A stretch of 37,790 nucleotides of DNA from assembly GCA_035367355.1 (NCBI GenBank), contig DAOSJS010000003.1, positions 1 through 37,790 of the forward strand, given 5' to 3'. The position numbers were made by a program, and so were the translations under genes. This document shows positions 35,058 through 37,790 of the stretch, one piece after another (the stretch's first letter is position 1; each line of letters begins with the position of its first letter). The notes beneath the pieces were generated by a model that did no database searches, was not told the DNA's origin, and worked only from the letters and a program-made list of their open reading frames with translations. The DNA is from Candidatus Hydrogenedentota bacterium. GTDB lineage: Bacteria; Hydrogenedentota; Hydrogenedentia; Hydrogenedentales; SLHB01.

Positions 35058-36671
35058 TCAGAATGGCGGCGGCTCCACCGCCTGGGCCTCCGTCATGGGC
35101 CCCCATCCGCCGCCCAGCGCTTTGTACAGACGCACCAGGTTCGCTGAGATGGCCCCTTCACTCAGAGCCAGCTGTTCCTGATATAACAGAAGCGACCGCT
35201 GCGCATCCAGCACGTTATTGAAGTCGCGCAGCCCGTTATTGTACTGGTCCTGCGCCACTTCGAGCGCGTTGCGGGCGGCGTCGGCCGCCAGCGTCAGCGA
35301 TTGCCGGCGCTGCTGTTCCTCCGCATAATCCACCAGGGCTTCACGCACTTCACGGACCGCGTTCAACACGGTGTTTTCGTATGCGGCCAGATACTGTTCC
35401 TGCAGTTCGGTCTGCACATGGATGTTCCGGCGAATGGCGCCCGCGTGGAAGATCGGCCAGGAAACGCGCGGGCCGACATTCCACGCCCTGCTGTCGCTGT
35501 TCAACAGGGTTCCCGAGCTGATCGATTCCAGACCGATCGAGCCGGCCAGGAAGAATTTGGGGTAGAGCTCGGCCTCGGCCTGGCCCACCCGCGCAGTCTG
35601 TGCGGCCAGGGCGCGCTCGGCCATGCGCACGTCGGGCCGCTGGCGCAAGGTATTGGCCGGTATCCCCGTGACAACCTTAAGGGAGGCGACCGGGATCGGC
35701 TCCGTGGTGTTCAGCCGCTCATGCAGCGTGCCCGGCATGACGCCGGTCAGCACGGCCAGGCTGTTCATGGCCGCTTCGAGCCCGCTGTGCAGCGGCGGGA
35801 TCAGCGCGCGGGTGTTTTCCATGATGTAGCGTGCCTGCTGCACAGCCAGCGCATCGCGCAGGCCCGACTGATAAAGCGAATCGAGCAGTGTATAGGTCTC
35901 TTCCTGGGCCCGCAGGTTCGATTCGGCCACCGCCAGCCGGGCTTGATACGTGCGCAGCGCGATGTAGCTTCGCGCCACGTCGCCCGCAAGCGATACCCAG
36001 GCCGCGTTCAGGTTCTCATGCGCCGCATCCACGTCGGCTTCCGCAGCTTCGATCGCCCGGCGGGTTCCACCGAAAAGATCGATCTCCCAGGCCGCGTCAA
36101 CGCCAGCCCGGTAAAAATCGCTCTCCCAATCCACTTCCCGCGGGAACGGCCACGACGCGATCTGACCCGGCACCGTCAAGATGCCCCGGGACGGGTCCTG
36201 CATCATCAGAGACCAGTTCTGCGCGGCGCCCATCGCCGCCGCGACATTTCTCGCCGCGCCCTGCACTTTATCGGTCTGCGAGGGCCCTTCTACCCGGTTC
36301 TGGCTCATCCGGCTGCGCTGATACGCAGCCGCGCCATCGACGTGGGGATACAGGCCGGCCTCGGCGATCCCGGCGATCTGCCGGGCCATACGCACGCGCG
36401 ATTGAGCCTGGCGGATGTTCAGGTTGCCTTCGAGCGAGTCCCGGATGAGCTCCGTCAACAGAGGATCCTCGAGGGTCTGCCACCAGTCTGCAAGCAGCTC
36501 CGCGGTAACGGGCCCCGACTCCGCCGTGGCCTCGCCATCACCCTTCTGAAGGACATCTTCTACCGGGGCCTCGGGAATCTCGGGCGCAACATAATCGGGG
36601 CCTACCGTGGCACATCCGGTATACACAAGGGTCAGCGCACAAGCTATACGCTGCAGGATGCGGCGCATCAT
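35058..36671 (-). CDS. RND efflux outer-membrane factor lipoprotein (NodT family)
   Basis: Lipoprotein-type N-terminus MMRRILQRIACALTLVYTGC followed by ATVGPDYVAPE, the hallmark NodT start. Two TolC-like repeats. The start overlaps the RND pump stop. Confidence 0.9.
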   Translation of the reverse strand: MMRRILQRIACALTLVYTGCATVGPDYVAPEIPEAPVEDVLQKGDGEATAESGPVTAELLADWWQTLEDPLLTELIRDSLEGNLNIRQAQSRVRMARQIAGIAEAGLYPHVDGAAAYQRSRMSQNRVEGPSQTDKVQGAARNVAAAMGAAQNWSLMMQDPSRGILTVPGQIASWPFPREVDWESDFYRAGVDAAWEIDLFGGTRRAIEAAEADVDAAHENLNAAWVSLAGDVARSYIALRTYQARLAVAESNLRAQEETYTLLDSLYQSGLRDALAVQQARYIMENTRALIPPLHSGLEAAMNSLAVLTGVMPGTLHERLNTTEPIPVASLKVVTGIPANTLRQRPDVRMAERALAAQTARVGQAEAELYPKFFLAGSIGLESISSGTLLNSDSRAWNVGPRVSWPIFHAGAIRRNIHVQTELQEQYLAAYENTVLNAVREVREALVDYAEEQQRRQSLTLAADAARNALEVAQDQYNNGLRDFNNVLDAQRSLLLYQEQLALSEGAISANLVRLYKALGGGWGPMTEAQAVEPPPF

Positions 36672-37790
36672 GAAATCTCCTCCTGCTGCTGTGTGGTCGG
36701 CGAGATATGCAGCACTCGTTTCAGCCGTTCACGCGTGGCCTGGAACATCACATACAGAGCCGGAATAAACAAAATACCCAGGACGGTGGCCAGCGTCATG
36801 CCGGCAAACAGGGTGGTGCCGATCGAACGCCGGGCGCCGGAACCCGCGCCCGTGGCCAGCACCATCGGAAGCGTGCCCAGAAACGTCGTAAAGGCCGTCA
36901 TCAGCACGGGACGAAACCGCTCATACATCGCGTTCGTACCCGCGTCCAGAATGCTCTTTCCGCCGCTCTCACGGCTGTCGCGCGCGAATTCCACGATAAG
37001 AATGGCGTTCTTGCTCGCGATGCCCACCAGCATGATCAACCCCAGCTGGGCGTAGATGCTCAGAGACATGCCGGTGAATTTGAGGCCCAGCACGGCGCCC
37101 AGCATGGCCGTCGGCAACGACAGGATCACCGGCACCGGCACCGTCCAGCTCTCGTATTGCGCCACCAGGAACAGGTAGCCGAACACGAGCGCCAGCGCCA
37201 CCAGCACCAGCCCTTCGCTGCCCGTCTGCTTTTCCTGGTAGCTCATGCCCGACCACGCCACGCCGTAGTCTTCGGGAAGCGTCTCGGCGGCAACGCGCTC
37301 GATGGCTTGCATCCCCAGCCCGGAACTGATGCCAGGCATCGTCGACGCGGTGATGGCTGCGCTGGGGAACAGATTAAAGCGGGTCATCACGCGCGGGGCC
37401 GTAATTGTGCGCAAGGTGACCAGGCTGTCCATCGACACCATTTCACCGCGCCGGTTCTTCACGTACAGCCGCCGGATGTCCTCGGCATCTTTGCGGTCTT
37501 CCCAGTCCGCCTGGATATACACCTGATTGACGCGGCTCCCAAAATTGACGTCGTTGACGTAGCGGGAGCCCAGGTATCCCTGCAGGGTCGTGAAGATGCT
37601 GGCTACCGGCACACCCAGCGATTCAGCTTTTGCACGGTTCACGTCCACATAAAGGTTGGGTGTGTCTGCCGCATACCCCGTGAAAGCAAACATGATCTCG
37701 GGCGCCTGATTCAAAGCGCCCAGGAATCCCCGGGTCACAGACGCAAGCCGCTGCGGATCCGGATCGCCGAGTGCCTGCAGCCGCATGTCG
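36668..37790 (-). CDS. RND (HAE1/AcrB-type) efflux permease, C-terminal ~373 aa; gene continues beyond the window
   Basis: The reading frame is open to the window edge. The C-terminal TM bundle motifs (..AQLGLIMLVGIASKNAILIVEFA..., ..RFRPVLMTAFTTFLGTLPMVLATGAGS..) are typical of AcrB-family pumps. Confidence 0.9.
   Translation of the reverse strand, partial: DMRLQALGDPDPQRLASVTRGFLGALNQAPEIMFAFTGYAADTPNLYVDVNRAKAESLGVPVASIFTTLQGYLGSRYVNDVNFGSRVNQVYIQADWEDRKDAEDIRRLYVKNRRGEMVSMDSLVTLRTITAPRVMTRFNLFPSAAITASTMPGISSGLGMQAIERVAAETLPEDYGVAWSGMSYQEKQTGSEGLVLVALALVFGYLFLVAQYESWTVPVPVILSLPTAMLGAVLGLKFTGMSLSIYAQLGLIMLVGIASKNAILIVEFARDSRESGGKSILDAGTNAMYERFRPVLMTAFTTFLGTLPMVLATGAGSGARRSIGTTLFAGMTLATVLGILFIPALYVMFQATRERLKRVLHISPTTQQQEEIS

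Overview
GC-rich bacterial chromosomal window, taxon not determinable. The gene content (Gfo/Idh/MocA, ThuA, DUF4091, HDOD) looks like an environmental heterotroph. In order: (1) 1-1734, an AAC(3)-like acetyltransferase cut by the window edge, convergent with a Gfo/Idh/MocA oxidoreductase. (2) 1910-12418, minus strand, a tightly packed 13-gene phage-derived block: portal, prohead protease, a secreted-looking fibre-like protein, a small tail-anchored membrane protein, a LigD-3'-phosphoesterase-like protein, decoration protein, HK97-type major capsid, connector, two tail-tip proteins (one with a complete staphylococcal-nuclease signature), a short fibre, an M15 endolysin and a holin. I recognised no terminase, integrase, repressor, replication, tail-tube or tape-measure gene, and host genes abut both ends. 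This block is the most interesting part of the window. (3) 12666-15627, a divergent c-di-GMP-type pair (FHA-GAF-HD-GYP-zinc-ribbon protein and an HDOD protein) around a structured 352-bp control region. (4) ThuA-like protein, DUF151 bifunctional nuclease and a sugar ABC importer (binding protein plus two permeases, no ATPase). (5) 21311-27933, an exopolysaccharide/O-antigen-type operon (priming sugar transferase, flippase, Wzy/O-antigen-ligase-like protein, two GT4 transferases), with a convergent DUF4091 hydrolase-like gene. (6) A Fur-family regulator, then queE, a tandem-fused queD and queF. (7) An orphan groEL with a consensus promoter, a perfect CIRCE operator and a clean intrinsic terminator. 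(8) A small winged-helix-like ORF, a NodT-type outer-membrane factor and the 3' part of an RND pump that runs off the window. No rRNA, tRNA, CRISPR array, transposase or integrase was recognised. All family assignments come from motif recognition by eye and need profile searches to confirm.
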